Assembly: GCF_001194135.2 (NCBI RefSeq)
Contig: NC_068981.1
Location: forward strand, 129,848,855-129,893,379
Source of the DNA: Octopus bimaculoides
Taxonomy: Eukaryota
DNA length: 44,525 bases
Reading direction: 5' to 3'
The notes beneath the pieces are model-generated. The model made no database searches and was not told the DNA's origin. It saw only the letters and a list, made by a program, of their open reading frames with translations. Position 1 is the first letter of the stretch. The number at the start of each line of letters is the position of its first letter. The position numbers and the translations under genes were made by a program. Of the stretch, positions 1-11,755 are shown one piece after another.

Positions 1-713
1 ATATATATTTATACACATATATATTTATATTTATATATGTATATTTGAGTGTGTGTGTAGATTGATAGATGTATATGGGGTGGCAATTTATTGTGGGTTA
101 AATGGCAAAGGTGACAGTCTGCAATGAAATACAATATCTTTTACATGAAATACAGTATATGCAGGCATGGTTGTGTGATTAAAAAGTTCTCTTTGTGATT
201 GTATAGTTCTGGGTTTGATCACACCGTCTGATAACATGGGTGAGTATCTTTGACTATGGTCCTGAATTGACATGTGTATAGTGTGTATGTGTATGCTTTT
301 ATTTTTCCTTAACCTAAACGTCAGTATTATTTATGTTATACTCGCTTTATATTCCTAACATAACAAGTCATTAAAATAAGTACCAGACTAAAATTAGTAC
401 TGGGGTCAATATGATCAACAAAAATCATTGAAGGTCACAATTCAGTGACTGAAACTAGGAAACGAATGTGTGTGTGTGTGTGTTTTCTTTTACTTGTTTC
501 ATCCACTGGACAGTGGCCATGCTGGGGCAATATTTTGAAGGATTCAGTCAAATAAATTGACTCCAGGGGTTATTTTTTTAAAGCTTGGTACTTATTTTAT
601 TGACCTCTTTTGCTAAACTGCTAACTTATGGGATGTAAACAAACCAACACTAGTTGTCAAGTTGTAGCAGGAGGCAAATTCAAACATAAAGGCACACATA
701 GCTATATACATGC

Positions 714-747
<34 letters not shown>

Positions 748-748
<1 letters not shown>

Positions 749-925
749 ATCATCATCATCATTTAATGTCTGTTGTCCATGCTGGCATAGGTTGGACGGT
801 TTGACCAGAGTTGGCAAGCTGGAAGGCTGCACCAGACTCCAGTCTGATTTGGCATGGTTTCTATGGCTGGATGCCCTTCCTAATGCCAACCACTTCAAGA
901 GTGTAATGGCACAGGTGCCATTTGC
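748..925 (-). mobile_element. Retroposon family B 3' end ((GAT)n tail)
   Basis: (CAT)n then ...CCATGCTGGCATAGGTTGGACGG...GCTGGATGCCCTTCCTAATGCCAACC, homologous to 33581-33858 and 44292-44525. Another minus copy at ~1390-1720. Confidence 0.75.
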
Positions 926-1009
926 GTGATACACACGCATACACACACGCACATGCACACACACACACAAACACACCCACACACACACATATATATATAT
1001 ACACACATT

Positions 1010-1390
1010 CTTCTACATGTTTCAGTCATTTGACTGCAGTCATGCTGGAGCACCATCTTAAAGGGTTTTAGTCAAAGAAATTGCCCCAAGGACTTATTAT
1101 TTGTAATCCTAGTACTTATTCTGACAGTCTCTTTAACAAACCAGTAAGTTATGGGCATGTAAACACACCAACATCGATTGTTAAGTGATGATGGTGGGGA
1201 CCATCACAGACACAAAGACACATACGCATACATATATATATATATAATGGGCTTCTTTCAGTTTCCATCTACCAAATCCACTCACGAGGCTTTAGTGAGC
1301 CCAGGGCTATGGTAGTAGACACTTGCCCAAGATGCCATACAGTGGGACTGAACCCAGAATGATGTGATTGGGAAGCAAGCTTCTCACCAC
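1010..1390 (-). mobile_element. SINE family A (tRNA-derived head, internal microsatellite), near-complete copy
   Basis: Reverse complement of the 4833-5215 copy. Other family A pieces: ~162-265(+), 488-680(-), 1755-1905(-), 5622-5770(+), 13797-13935(-), 15633-15885(-), 17148-17275(-), 28576-28725(+), 32115-32275(+), 33405-33535(-), 40485-40625(-). Confidence 0.8.
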
Positions 1391-1975
1391 ACATCATCAT
1401 CATCATCCTTTGATGTTCATTTTCAATGCTGGTGCAAGTTGTATGATTAAACCCAAGCTGGCAAGCCAGAGAGCTGCACAGGTCCCAGTGTGATTTGGCT
1501 TGGTTTTTGCAGCTTGATGCCCTCCCTAACATCAACCATTTTACAGTGTTGGCTGAGTGCTTTTAATGGGATTGCAGCACGAGCGCATTTATGTGATGCC
1601 GGCATGAGTACTTTTTATGTGGCACTGGCACAGAACTCTCGCAGGCCAATCCTTTTCACCAGGGGGAGTGTCTTTAGCACTTCCGGTGTGGGTCTTCTTC
1701 AGTACAACTAGGCACCAGGTATTTCAGTCCTATATATATCTGTGTGTGTGCAACAGTCTTCTTTCAGTTTCTGTCTACCTAATCCACTCACAAGGCTTTG
1801 ATTATCCTGGGGATATAGTAGGAGATGCTTGCCCATGGTGCCACACAGTAGGATTGAACCTGGAACCATGTGGTTGGGAAGTACACTTCTTATCATACAG
1901 CCACATAATCACCATCATCATCATCATCGTTTGTATTCACTTTCAAAGTTGGCATGGATTTAACAGGTCTTTGGG

Positions 1976-2232
1976 TGGTGGGGTGTGGTTTAGTGGTTAA
2001 GGTGTTGGACTCATGAATGTAAGATTGTGACTTTGATTCCTGGACCAGGCGACGCATTGTGTTCGTGAGCAAAACACTTCATTTCACATTACTCCAGTCC
2101 ACTCAGCTGGCAAATATAAGTAGTCTTGCGATGGACTGGCGCCCTATCCAGGTGGGGATTTTATATGCCATGGAAGCCAGGAAGCTAGCCCTTATGAGTT
2201 AGCATGACTCAAGAAGATAACTTTACCTTTAC
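1976..2232 (+). mobile_element. SINE family D (tRNA-derived head), (ACCTTT)n-like tail
   Basis: TGGTTTAGTGGTTAAGG...GACTTTGATTCC head; core GCATTGTGTTCGTGAGCAAAACACTTCATTTCAC...CAGTCCACTCAGCTG; homologous to 22278-22528(-). Related heads/cores at 11160-11440(+), 22625-22830(-), 33926-34258(+). Confidence 0.75.
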
Positions 2233-2585
2233 CTAATAGGTCAGAAGACCATGCCTTGCTCAGATGTTTTAATTTTTACATGGTTATTTATGGCTGGATG
2301 CCTTTTCTAATACCAGTTACTACACTGGTTCATTTTTTTTTCACTGGGTTCTAGCTCTAGTGGTGGTAGTGGTGGTGGTGGTGGGGCGTTGCTTTATAAC
2401 CCAAAAGGCTAAGGATGCCCCATGAATGAGAGGAAGAACAAGAGAGAGGATGGTGACTTTATGCTTCCTGTTAAGAAGTTTAAATAAGGTGAGAGGGACA
2501 GGTTTGTTGTTGAGAGAGGGTGTTGGTGGAGACTAACAATTAGTGGCAGGGGAGTAATTAAAAGAAACAGTAGTGCCAGTGGTTA

Positions 2586-2617
<32 letters not shown>

Positions 2618-2804
2618 ATATGTGTGTGAGAGAGAGAGAGAGAATGATAAGAAGGATAATGGGTGAGTTGAGTAGAAGAGATCCAAAATCACCTCTGCCA
2701 CCAATTTCACCACTTGACTGATGCTTTATTTATTGATTCTGGAGAGCAGAATGGCAAAGCTAACCTCAGCAGAGTCTGAAGGGAAGAAGCAGAGAGAAAG
2801 ACAC

Positions 2805-2965
<161 letters not shown>

Positions 2966-3899
2966 TTCAAAATCATCTCTGCCACCTGTGTTATATATGG
3001 GTGGGTGGATAAAGTGTTACTTGGAAAAGAGATAAAGATGAAGGTGACTGAGAACCATAGGGGTACCCTCAAGGTAACATCCCTAAAAAAGGTGAAGAGA
3101 GCTTGATGTCTGAAGAATGAAGGAGGGTGGGTAAAAGCTGCAGGTCATGTGTGTGGGAAGGGGAAAGTAACTAATGGATAGAAATAGGGAAGGAGATGGT
3201 CTTCTGAGGTAAGTAGGGGTGAAAGTAGTCAATGGTAAACAGGGGCGAGGGGAGTTGATGGAACGAAATGTGGGATGGATGTTAATAGGATTTAGAATTG
3301 AAGGAGGGATAACTTGTGGTACCAAAAGGGTGAGAGGTATATCATCACCATTATCATCATTATCATCATCATTTTAAATATACACATTTTCATGCTAGCA
3401 TGCATTACACAAGACTTATTTGAAGTAGTTTTTCAATGATTAGACACCCTTCTGTCACTAATCCTTGTTTCCAAGTAACATACTCATTCCCTTGTTTTTT
3501 TTTGAATGATGAACCACTCAGTGGCCAGACATGTTTTTTGCAGTAGACATAAGTAATGTCAGGACGCAAATGGGAAGAGACATATGTGCATGCACACACA
3601 CACACACACGCATGCATGCATGTAGGCTTGCTCACTCACTCACTCGCTTACTCACTCATTCACTCACTCACTCACTTAATGGAGGGGTGTAAGTAGATAA
3701 GAAATCGAATAGAAAGACTACAAAAGAAAACATAGATGTGAAATAAAGATGAATTAAAGATCAAAGATGCTCTACCCCATGCTGAAGCTACATAGAGCTA
3801 TTGCAGGCTCTTCTCATGGTGACTAAATCTGTTGTAATGTTGAAAACACTTCTGTATCTTCAGCAGGTATCTCAGGGTCACAAGCTTTTTGCTCCTTAG

Positions 3900-4420
3900 C
3901 CTGTTAACTTCACCTAAGTGGGATAGCAAGAATTGATGGTTTCTATCTCTTGTCTCTTGTCTACCACCTTGAACTAGTTTAATGGTTATCTATTTGGTGG
4001 CCTTGCAAGACAATCTTCTGCAGGAAATAATACACTGTTCTTGCTGGAAAACGACAAGCGACTTGAGTTGGGATTGAGGCTGTGTGTCATCCTTTAGCCA
4101 GAGTCTCATCAACCAAATCTTGATATTTGGCTTTCTTTTGTCAAGTCTTTCCTTCAAGAGCACTCTGATTCTAGTCATAATGATCGTTTTTATGTTCCCT
4201 GACAGAAAGAATTTGATTGGAGTGATGTTATTGTCACTTCTAGAAAGATGAGTCTACTCTTCAGATCCACTTGTATCTCCTAGTTTGAAGCTTGATGCCA
4301 AATAGAAAACAGGTCCCCTACAATTGCTTTTGTCTTAGGCAACTTATGATCTACTCTTAAGAATCTGATACATATGGATGGTGACACCTGCTGTTCATTG
4401 ATCTTAACTTTCTGTGTTCT
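3900..4420 (-). pseudogene. Degenerate C-terminal remnant of a HERO-like (RLE-type) non-LTR retrotransposon
   Basis: Minus-strand translation across frameshifts/stops: ...EIQVDLKSRLIFLEVTITSLQ...KTIIM...ERLDKRKAKYQDLVDETLAKG*HTASIPTQVACRFPARTVYYFLQKI. This follows the HERO/NeSL endonuclease pattern (W.MQVDL..RL.FP...T.LRPDIV...ELTVPWEE....ERK..KY..L...C...GW......EVGCRGF). Confidence 0.6.
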
Positions 4421-4520
4421 TAAACATTGTTAGTGTGGTATTTTCTTTAAATCTCTACATTATGTGTTAAGGTTTATTTTAAGATAAAATTCTGAGCAAC
4501 TTCTGTTACCACATGCATGT

Positions 4521-4567
<47 letters not shown>

Positions 4568-4832
4568 TACACACACAAGATATTTGGGACTGAACCTCAA
4601 ACCATGTAGTTGAGAAGTGAACTTTTTAACTATACTGCCATGCCTGTATACAACACACACTAAATAACAGTTGATTTAAACAGCATGATAGCATGCTATA
4701 TTATATGAACCAAGCTAACTAATGGTTTGTATCTGATATGTGAATTTAATTTCAGTCGTTGTGCAAAATGGAATCATGAAACTCAGAATAGTGATGAAGT
4801 GATGTCTCAGCTTTGAATAAATAAATATACAC

Positions 4833-5215
4833 AGGAGTGGCTGTGTGGTAAGAAGTTTGCTTCCCAACCATGTGGTTCTGGGTTCAGTCCCACCATGTGG
4901 CATCTTGGACAAGTGTCTTCTACTATAGCCTCGAGCTGACCAAAGCCTTGTGAGTGGATTTGGTAAATGGAAACTGAAAGAAGCCCATATATATATGTAT
5001 ATATATCTATGTGTGTATGTCTGTGTTTGTACCCCATCACAACTTGACAACCGTAGTCCCTATAACTTAGCAGTTCGGCAAAACAGACCGAGAGAATAAG
5101 TACCAGGCTTAAAAAATAAGTACTGGGGTTGATTTATTCAACTAAAAATTCAAGGCATTGTCCCAGCATGGCTGCAGTTTAATGACTGAAATAGATAAAA
5201 GATACCCCAATATAA
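4833..5215 (+). mobile_element. SINE family A, complete copy
   Basis: Head TGGCTGTGTGGTAAG (A-box-like) ... GGGTTCAGTCCC (B-box-like); body GTGAGTGGATTTGGTAAATGGAAACTGAAAGAAGCC; (TA/TG)n spacer; 3' part ending CAGCATGGCTGCAGTTTAATGACTGAAA. Recurs about 15 times in the window. Confidence 0.82.
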
Positions 5216-5284
5216 GTGTTTAGTACCTTTTCATTTCATTTATCCAACTCTGAATATATACATTTTTTTTCCTTTTATTTTCAG

Positions 5285-5428
5285 ATTAGGAACTGGCTGG
5301 TCATATCATACAAACCGATACACTCAATTTCGCAAGGATGACCAACTTAGTGTTGATGAACAGGAGCAGATACTAAATGTGATCTCACGTGCCGAATTCA
5401 TGGACAATGTGGAACAGGAACGAATTGG
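5285..5428 (+). CDS. RPH3A: Rabphilin-3A/Noc2-family Rab effector, internal exon (start of Rab-binding helix)
   Basis: Polypyrimidine tract tttttattttcag|, donor GG|gtaaga; 144 nt, phase 2/2. Translates (K)LGTGWSYHTNRYTQFRKDDQLSVDEQEQILNVISRAEFMDNVEQERIG, matching from memory the rabphilin/Noc2 pattern KLQxGWSVH...E.I..VI.RAE......EQ.RIG. Confidence 0.93.
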
Positions 5429-5994
5429 GTAAGATCCAGCATTCCTATCATCCTTTCTGTGATAAACTGTCCAAGGACATCGAACACTATTTTTTTAACA
5501 ATCATCATATAAAATATAACTCTCCACTATTTACTTGGTAGCATTCGCTTTTGAATATGTGCCTAATAGTCTTACATTTCATATTCAAGAAATTTCATTT
5601 AGGTATGGCCATGCTAAGAATAGGACATAAGCACGGCCAAATGGTTAAGAAGTTCACTTTAGAATCATGAGATTCCAAGTCTGATTCCACTTGCATCTTG
5701 GGTATCTTTTATCATAGACTTGGATCCACCCAAACATTGTGAGTGAAAAAGGGTAGATGGAAACTTGGTTGAATAGAAATTACTTGTAATTCAAAGTGCC
5801 TGCCTTATTGCACATGGTGTCATTTTGATTCAGCATTGATATTACATTAAATGTACAAATTTCTGTGGAATATTGAACCATTTGAGAATCCAAACAATAG
5901 GTAGTTCTGTTATTTGGGCAACTACAACATCTGTTATTGAAACTGATAGTGGATTCATTTACATGTAAATAATTATTGTAGTGAGCTCGGTGAA

Positions 5995-6302
5995 ATCGTA
6001 GTCATGGCAAGTGCTGGAGACACACAAAAGGCACCCATGCTGGAGACACACAAAAGGCACCCATGCTGGTGACACACAAAAGGCACCCATGCTGGTGACA
6101 CATACACAGCATCCTTGCCAGTGACATGTAAAAGACACCCAGTACAATTCTGTGGAGTTGTTGGCATTAGGAAGGGCATCCAGCAGTAGAAACCAAGCCA
6201 AAACAGACTAGAGCCTGGTGTAGCTCTCCAGTTTATCAGCTCCATTGAAACCATTTTACCCATGCCTGCACAGAAAATGGATGCTAAATGATGATGATGA
6301 TT
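5995..6302 (+). mobile_element. Family B retroposon containing a 26-bp tandem repeat
   Basis: GGCATTAGGAAGGGCATCCAGCAGTAGAAACC ... CCATGCCTGCACAGAAAATGGATGCTAAATGATGATGATG tail; tandem unit at 6012-6100. Confidence 0.75.
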
Positions 6303-6589
6303 TTTCACTCAGCTAAGACCTCTGACATTTTTCAGTCTCTTTAAACCAGCATCTCAAACAAGGAAGCAGTGGATGTGTCATTGCTCTGAATTTTTACTCA
6401 CTGTGAATTAGGCATGTACTGTCCATGCAATCAAGCAATTTGAATAGCGCTGGAAAAAGCTAAAAGCAGAAATGTCCAAAATGATTCCACAATGTTATTA
6501 GTTTACATGAAACTCTTTGTTGTGATAAAAAGTATCACTTGAAAGTGTTGGTTTATTTTCTTTTCTGTTTTGCATTTCTTTACTTTCAG

Positions 6590-6719
6590 GCGTCTGGTAG
6601 AAAAATTTGATAACATGAAGAAGAATGCTATGGGAAATGGCGACAATCAATGTATTTTATGTGGTGATGAATTTGGTTTGCTGGGAGCTTCTCCAACTTA
6701 CTGTGATGATTGTAAGAAG
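6590..6719 (+). CDS. RPH3A: Rabphilin-family exon (helix end and first half of the zinc finger)
   Basis: Acceptor tttctttactttcag|, donor AAG|gtaatg; 130 nt, phase 2/0, in frame with the previous exon. RLVEKFDNMKKNAMGNGDNQCILCGDEFGLLGASPTYCDDCKK carries two CxxC pairs. Confidence 0.95.
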
Positions 6720-6764
6720 GTAATGTAATGTCTAAGTGAGACTATACTTCTTAACATGTTTTAA

Positions 6765-6935
6765 CACTTTAGCATTCAGGTTACTCTGTCAAATGTAATG
6801 CTTATTTATTTATATTGTTTTGAATTAATTATGCATTATCTCTTAGCTTTGAGATGCTGATGATGTGGATAGATTTGGTCAGTTTGAACATAAAACAGGA
6901 TATGGCTGGATATGGCTGGTTTAAATGCTAAAGGG
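6765..6935. mobile_element. piggyBac-type MITE (171 bp)
   Basis: TTAA (6761-6764) + CACTTTAGCATT ... AATGCTAAAGGG + TTAA (6936-6939): 12-bp TIRs with 11/12 match, TTAA target duplication, and CCC/GGG-type ends typical of piggyBac. Confidence 0.75.
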
Positions 6936-8291
6936 TTAACATTAGAGTCAGACAAAATGCTTTGCAATATTTCTTCTGGCTCTATACATTCTGAGTTCGA
7001 ATTCCACTGTGGTCAACTTTTCCTTTCGTGCTTTTGGGGTCAATAAAATAAGCTACCAATCAAGTGCTGGGGTCAGTGGTATTGACTGCCTTGCCCACCT
7101 CAAAATTGCTGACCTTCCTCATACCTAAGTCTAAAACCATTACTGTTGCTGTTGCTATAGAATTGCACATTGATTATGGAGAATTAGTGACAATAAGCAT
7201 TCTCAACTCTCAAAGACTTTGTTAATAATATTGGCACAATAGAGAATGATAGTTACTGTAAACAAACTGTTCAGGTTTCAATTCCCATGTCACACAAACT
7301 TTTGAATAGCTATTTTTGTATCATTTTCACTGCTTCTATGGTTACAGAGATGATTTGTATTCACATGTCTTAGAATTTTCTCATTTATTTGATGAAATCA
7401 AATTGGTTTCAGTCTGTTTCTTTTGTTTTGGCTCTACTATTTTATGGCATTGCAAAATCTATAATCTCATATATTTTCTTTTTTACTCTCCTCTATTATA
7501 AGTTTATTTGTACTCCTATTACATGAACAGTTTGAAATAGTGAAATCTTACATAATCACACAGTAGTTGTTTTCTTTACTGAATTCAAATTTCTGACTAC
7601 CCTCACAGTTTACCTTTTCCCTTCAGCAGCTATCAAAATAAAGTACCAGTCAGATCAGTTTAACTGACTATGCCTTTCCCTGAATTTTGTGGGCACGTGC
7701 CCTTGTTAAGAGAGGTGCTGTTTTCTAGTAACTTTGCTGAATGCTAAGTAAGAATTGTGAGAATGACTACAGAAGCAATTAAGAATAGATGAAATACGGA
7801 TTTATGAAAATTTGGGCTCTGGTTATGTGCAGTGTGTGTAACAAACACATAGTCTACCTGTGAGAATTAGCTTTGGTGGCTATTGTGAACTTTATTTAAA
7901 TTACAACAAAAATATGGGCTCATTCTTGTCCATTCTGACACCTGAATTGCTTGTGGGTGCTTCCAAGATGTGACATTTTCAGGACTTAGACAAAGTGTAG
8001 AGCAAAGATGAAGATAATCATAATTTTGAAGAGCCTTGATCTGACTCAGGAAGTTATGAATTTTCTATGAATTATATGTTTTAATTATGTCTGTATTGAT
8101 GCATATTCATTTATGATGTGTAATTTGAAAGGAAAAAATTATCACATCTCAGTATGTTGTGTATCTTTATCCCTCCTCTTTCTTTTGTTTATTCCCACAT
8201 ATTTTGTAACTCTGTTTATGCATTTGTATTGTATGAATGAATGGATTTGATAGCAGCAATAATAAAGATTATTATTTTTATTATCATTAAG

Positions 8292-8510
8292 GTGGTGATC
8301 TAGCAGAATCATTAGCATGCTGGGCAAAATGCTTACCAGCATTTTGTCTGTCTTATGTTCTGAGCTCAAATTCCACTAAGGTCAACTTTGCCTTTCATCC
8401 TTTCTGGGTTGATAAAATAAGTACCAGTTGAGCACTGCGGTTGATATAAGCAACTTATCCCCTACCCCAATCTTGCTGGCCGTGTGCCAAAATTTGAAAC
8501 CATTATTATT
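8292..8510 (+). mobile_element. SINE family C (tRNA-derived head, (TTA)n tail)
   Basis: TAGCAGAATCATTAGC (A-box-like) ... GAGCTCAAATTCC (B-box-like) ... GATAAAATAAGTACCAGTTGAGCACTG ... CCAAAATTTGAAACCATTATTATT. Other copies: ~6945-7140, 7600-7705, 9780-9865, 9868-10110, 10743-10950, 10958-11160, 11755-11898, 11900-12140, 20822-21025, 21035-21155, 26817-27000, all on +. Confidence 0.82.
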
Positions 8511-10111
8511 ATCATCATTGTTGTTGTTGGTGGGGATGGTGGTGGTGTTATTGCTTTTATGTTTTATGATAGTTGATTGTGTTTCACCAGGACCCTCATA
8601 TTGTAGATTATTACCAAGCGAATCTATGTGGGATACAGTTTTAGTATAACACATTTAAGTAGAGAGGCATATTTGCATTAATTCTTTTAATTGGAGTAAA
8701 AAGATTTTAATTTGAGAATAAAAGTTATTCCTTTCTATCACTTGTAAGCAAATAAAATAGCTACAATATTCAAAAATAACTCCTCAAAAAATTTAAATGA
8801 AAATAAATATATTTTTACCTATAGTAGACAGGAAAAGTAGAAAAACAAATTTAATTCTTCTTCAGAATATTTCAAAAGAAAAAGAAAATAATGAATTTCT
8901 GACAGAAAACAAGAATAATAATAAATGATAATAACACAACAGTATACATGTTTTTTTCATTCAGTGAAGAAATGAATAAAGAGTTTGGGTTTTGGAACAG
9001 AGAATGTTTTTTCCAGCCTTTCTTCTTTTACTGGGACTATTTCAAACAGATGAAAATTAAATATAAATTTCTGGTGGAGAAAAACTCTACTTGGTAGAGC
9101 TGTGTGACAAGAGAAGGTACATCCATACCTCAGCCTTATTAAGCAGCAAGAAAAAGGAAGAAAAACCTCATGTTTGCACCTCAAAACACATAGAAACCTT
9201 TCTCATACCCCCACTCACTCCAAAGGACAATCGCAGTTCTAACTGATATACAGAATAACATATACCTTATTGACTGAGGAAAATACTATTGCACTGTGGA
9301 CATAATATTCAAAATGAATGCAATGAAACAGACCAACCTGGTACATTATACACACAGCTGGAAGCTCTTACCATGATATATGGGAAAACAAAACACAGGG
9401 TTTTAGGTAAAAGATATTGGTGACAACAGTGACCCTTAGCTCATTGCTGCTTTTGACATGCACTACGAACAAGTGGTAAGTGGCCAAAGAAACTAAAAAC
9501 AACATATTGCCAGTTTGGGGTAGGGCCTATATGGATATAGAAATTCTAATCAGCAATAATAAACCACAATAATTCTGAGGGTGTTCCTCTTTGTGAGTGC
9601 AGAAAGAAGTCCTGCTACAATGCAGATTGCAGTAAAGTGCATTTGAGATCGTTCTACTTTTAACCATGAGAAACTTAGAAAAACAGAGGAAGGGACAATG
9701 ACAGAAGCAGCAACAATACCAGGTCCTGGAGGCTGCTGTTAAAACAGCAACTTCCAGGACTTGGTCAGCATTATCTTTCATTCTTTCAGGATCAATGTAA
9801 TTGATTTGCCTCCTCCCCTGTAAATTGCTGACCTTGTGCCAAAATTAGAAGGAGTTATTATTATTGGCAGTGAGCTGGCAGAATTGTTAGCACTCCATGC
9901 AAAATGCTTAGCAGCATTTCGTCTGTCTTTATGTTCTGAGTTCAAATTCTGCCAATGTCAATTTTGCCCTTCATCCTTTCTGAGTTGATGAAAATAAATA
10001 CCAGTTGTAGACTTAAGTGGATGTAATCAACTTACTCCACCCCTGAAATTGCTGGTCTTGTGCCTATAGTAGAAATTATTATTATTTTGTTATTATTATT
10101 ATTATTATTAT

Positions 10112-10666
10112 TGAGTGACAGAACAGTGCATGCCATCAAAGTTGCACTGGGGTAAAATATACAAAGCCCAGTATACCCATCATGACTACCTGTCTGATAA
10201 GAGTACACTAGCCACATGCATCACAACAATATATGCACGAAATGCTGATCTCATATCAAGATAAACTGCATGGCCTTGCAGGTGGGGCCCAGTTAGAATT
10301 TTCTTCAGGTTGAGTAGCCCATCCTGCTCAAAAAGTCCCTGAATAAGGTTTGTTTAAGGATGATGAATGAAACACCCATGTTTCCAGAGGTGAATTATTG
10401 AAACCTCAAAGAATTCCTCTCAACACATGGCTATGATGTTCCCCCACTACTTCTGCTCGTGATCAGAGATGTACATATTGTCAACCACTAAGGAACATGC
10501 TCAACTGGTTAAGGTCAAACAACTGACAAGCGAATCTGTGGTATTGAGCTGAGTGTTTCCTGAAGCCCATCTTTTATACCAAGACAAAACAATGTACATA
10601 ACACTTCCAATCAGTTAAGATGAGAAGCCATGAAAGCTATTGCTTGGTACTGCATCAGGGTATTTA
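10112..10666 (-). mobile_element. Unclassified ~555-bp non-coding element ending in (TAA)n
   Basis: Complex, GC-richer block between a (TTA)n and a (CAT)n tract; on the minus strand it ends ...CTGTCACTCAATAATAAT. No ORF, TIR or tRNA head seen. Only one copy in the window, so repeat status is inferred. Confidence 0.4.
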
Positions 10667-11501
10667 TCATCATCATCGTCATCATCATCATCATCATCAT
10701 CGTCATCATCATCGTCATCATCATCATCATCATCATTATTATGGTAGTGAGCTGGCAAAACCATTAGCCTGCTGGGCAAAATGCTTAGTGGTATTTTGTC
10801 TGTTTTTAATTCTGAGTTCAAACTCTGCCATTGGCAGCTTTGCTTTCATCTTTTGGGAGTTGATAAAATAAGTATCAGTCAAGTACTGAGGTCAACATAA
10901 TCGATTCTCCTCCCCTCAAAAATTGCTGGCTCTGTGCTGAAATCTGAAACCATGAAAGGTGGCAAGTTGCCAGAAGTGTTAGTATGCTGGACAAAATGTT
11001 CAACAGCATTTCATCCACCCTTACATTCTGTGTTCAAAATCTGCCAAGGCCAACTTTGCTTTTTGTCCTTTTGGAGGTTGAGCATTGGAGTCAATGTAAT
11101 CAACTTTCCCACCCTTCAAAATTACTGGCCTTGTGCCTATATTAGAAAGGATTATTATTAGCCTAGTGGTCAGATTGTTGCACTCTCAATTGCAAGATCA
11201 TGGTTACCATTCCTAGATTGGGTGATGCATTGTGTTCTTGAGCAAAATACTTCGTCTCATGTTGCTTTGTGATCACTTTGACACCTGACACATGGTACAC
11301 CATGCACCTGTTCAGGTAACATCGATTTGATAGATGGGGTGAGCTAATGTACAGCCCATACATTTGATCACTATAAACAAATCATTTGTGTAGATTGTTT
11401 GGCAAAAGCTGAACACTCATATGTTGTCTTCGACTAGAAAGTCTATTATTATTATTATTATTATTATTATTATCATTATTATTATTATTATTATTATTAT
11501 T

Positions 11502-11713
11502 GTTCAGTAGTTTTATTTTTATAACGTGCTTTCACTTCACTACCGAGCGCAGCTCTGTGTGCCTTGGGTATGTGCTGTGGTTTGCTGTGATGCTCTTATG
11601 GTTACTGTATTGAAAGTGTTTTGCATAGGATGTGTGCAGTGTCCAGTAGTGCAATTTTCTGTATATTATATATATTTGTAAGTTCTGGTGTTTTTGTTAT
11701 GTATTTGTCTGAA

Positions 11714-11717
<4 letters not shown>
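11502..11717 (-). mobile_element. 5'-truncated Dong/R4-like non-LTR retrotransposon 3' end inserted in (TAA)n
   Basis: Minus-strand frame NSDKYITKTPELTNIYNIQKIALLDTAHILCKTLSIQ* (stop 11602-11604) resembles the R4-clade C-terminus (.QK.ALLGTA.ILRK.L). It is followed by a ~100-nt 3' UTR, with (TTA)n tracts on both flanks (11444-11501, 11717-11753). Confidence 0.7.

Positions 11718-11755
<38 letters not shown>

Noticed and set aside
10600-10666. U2 snRNA fragment (CCTGATGCAGTACC on the minus strand)
   Set aside because: Only a short word resembles the U2 3' region; no Sm site or 5' branch-pairing sequence.
10615-10871. Poly-Asp / poly-His ORFs
   Set aside because: Translation of a (CAT)n microsatellite between repeats; no splice or homology support.
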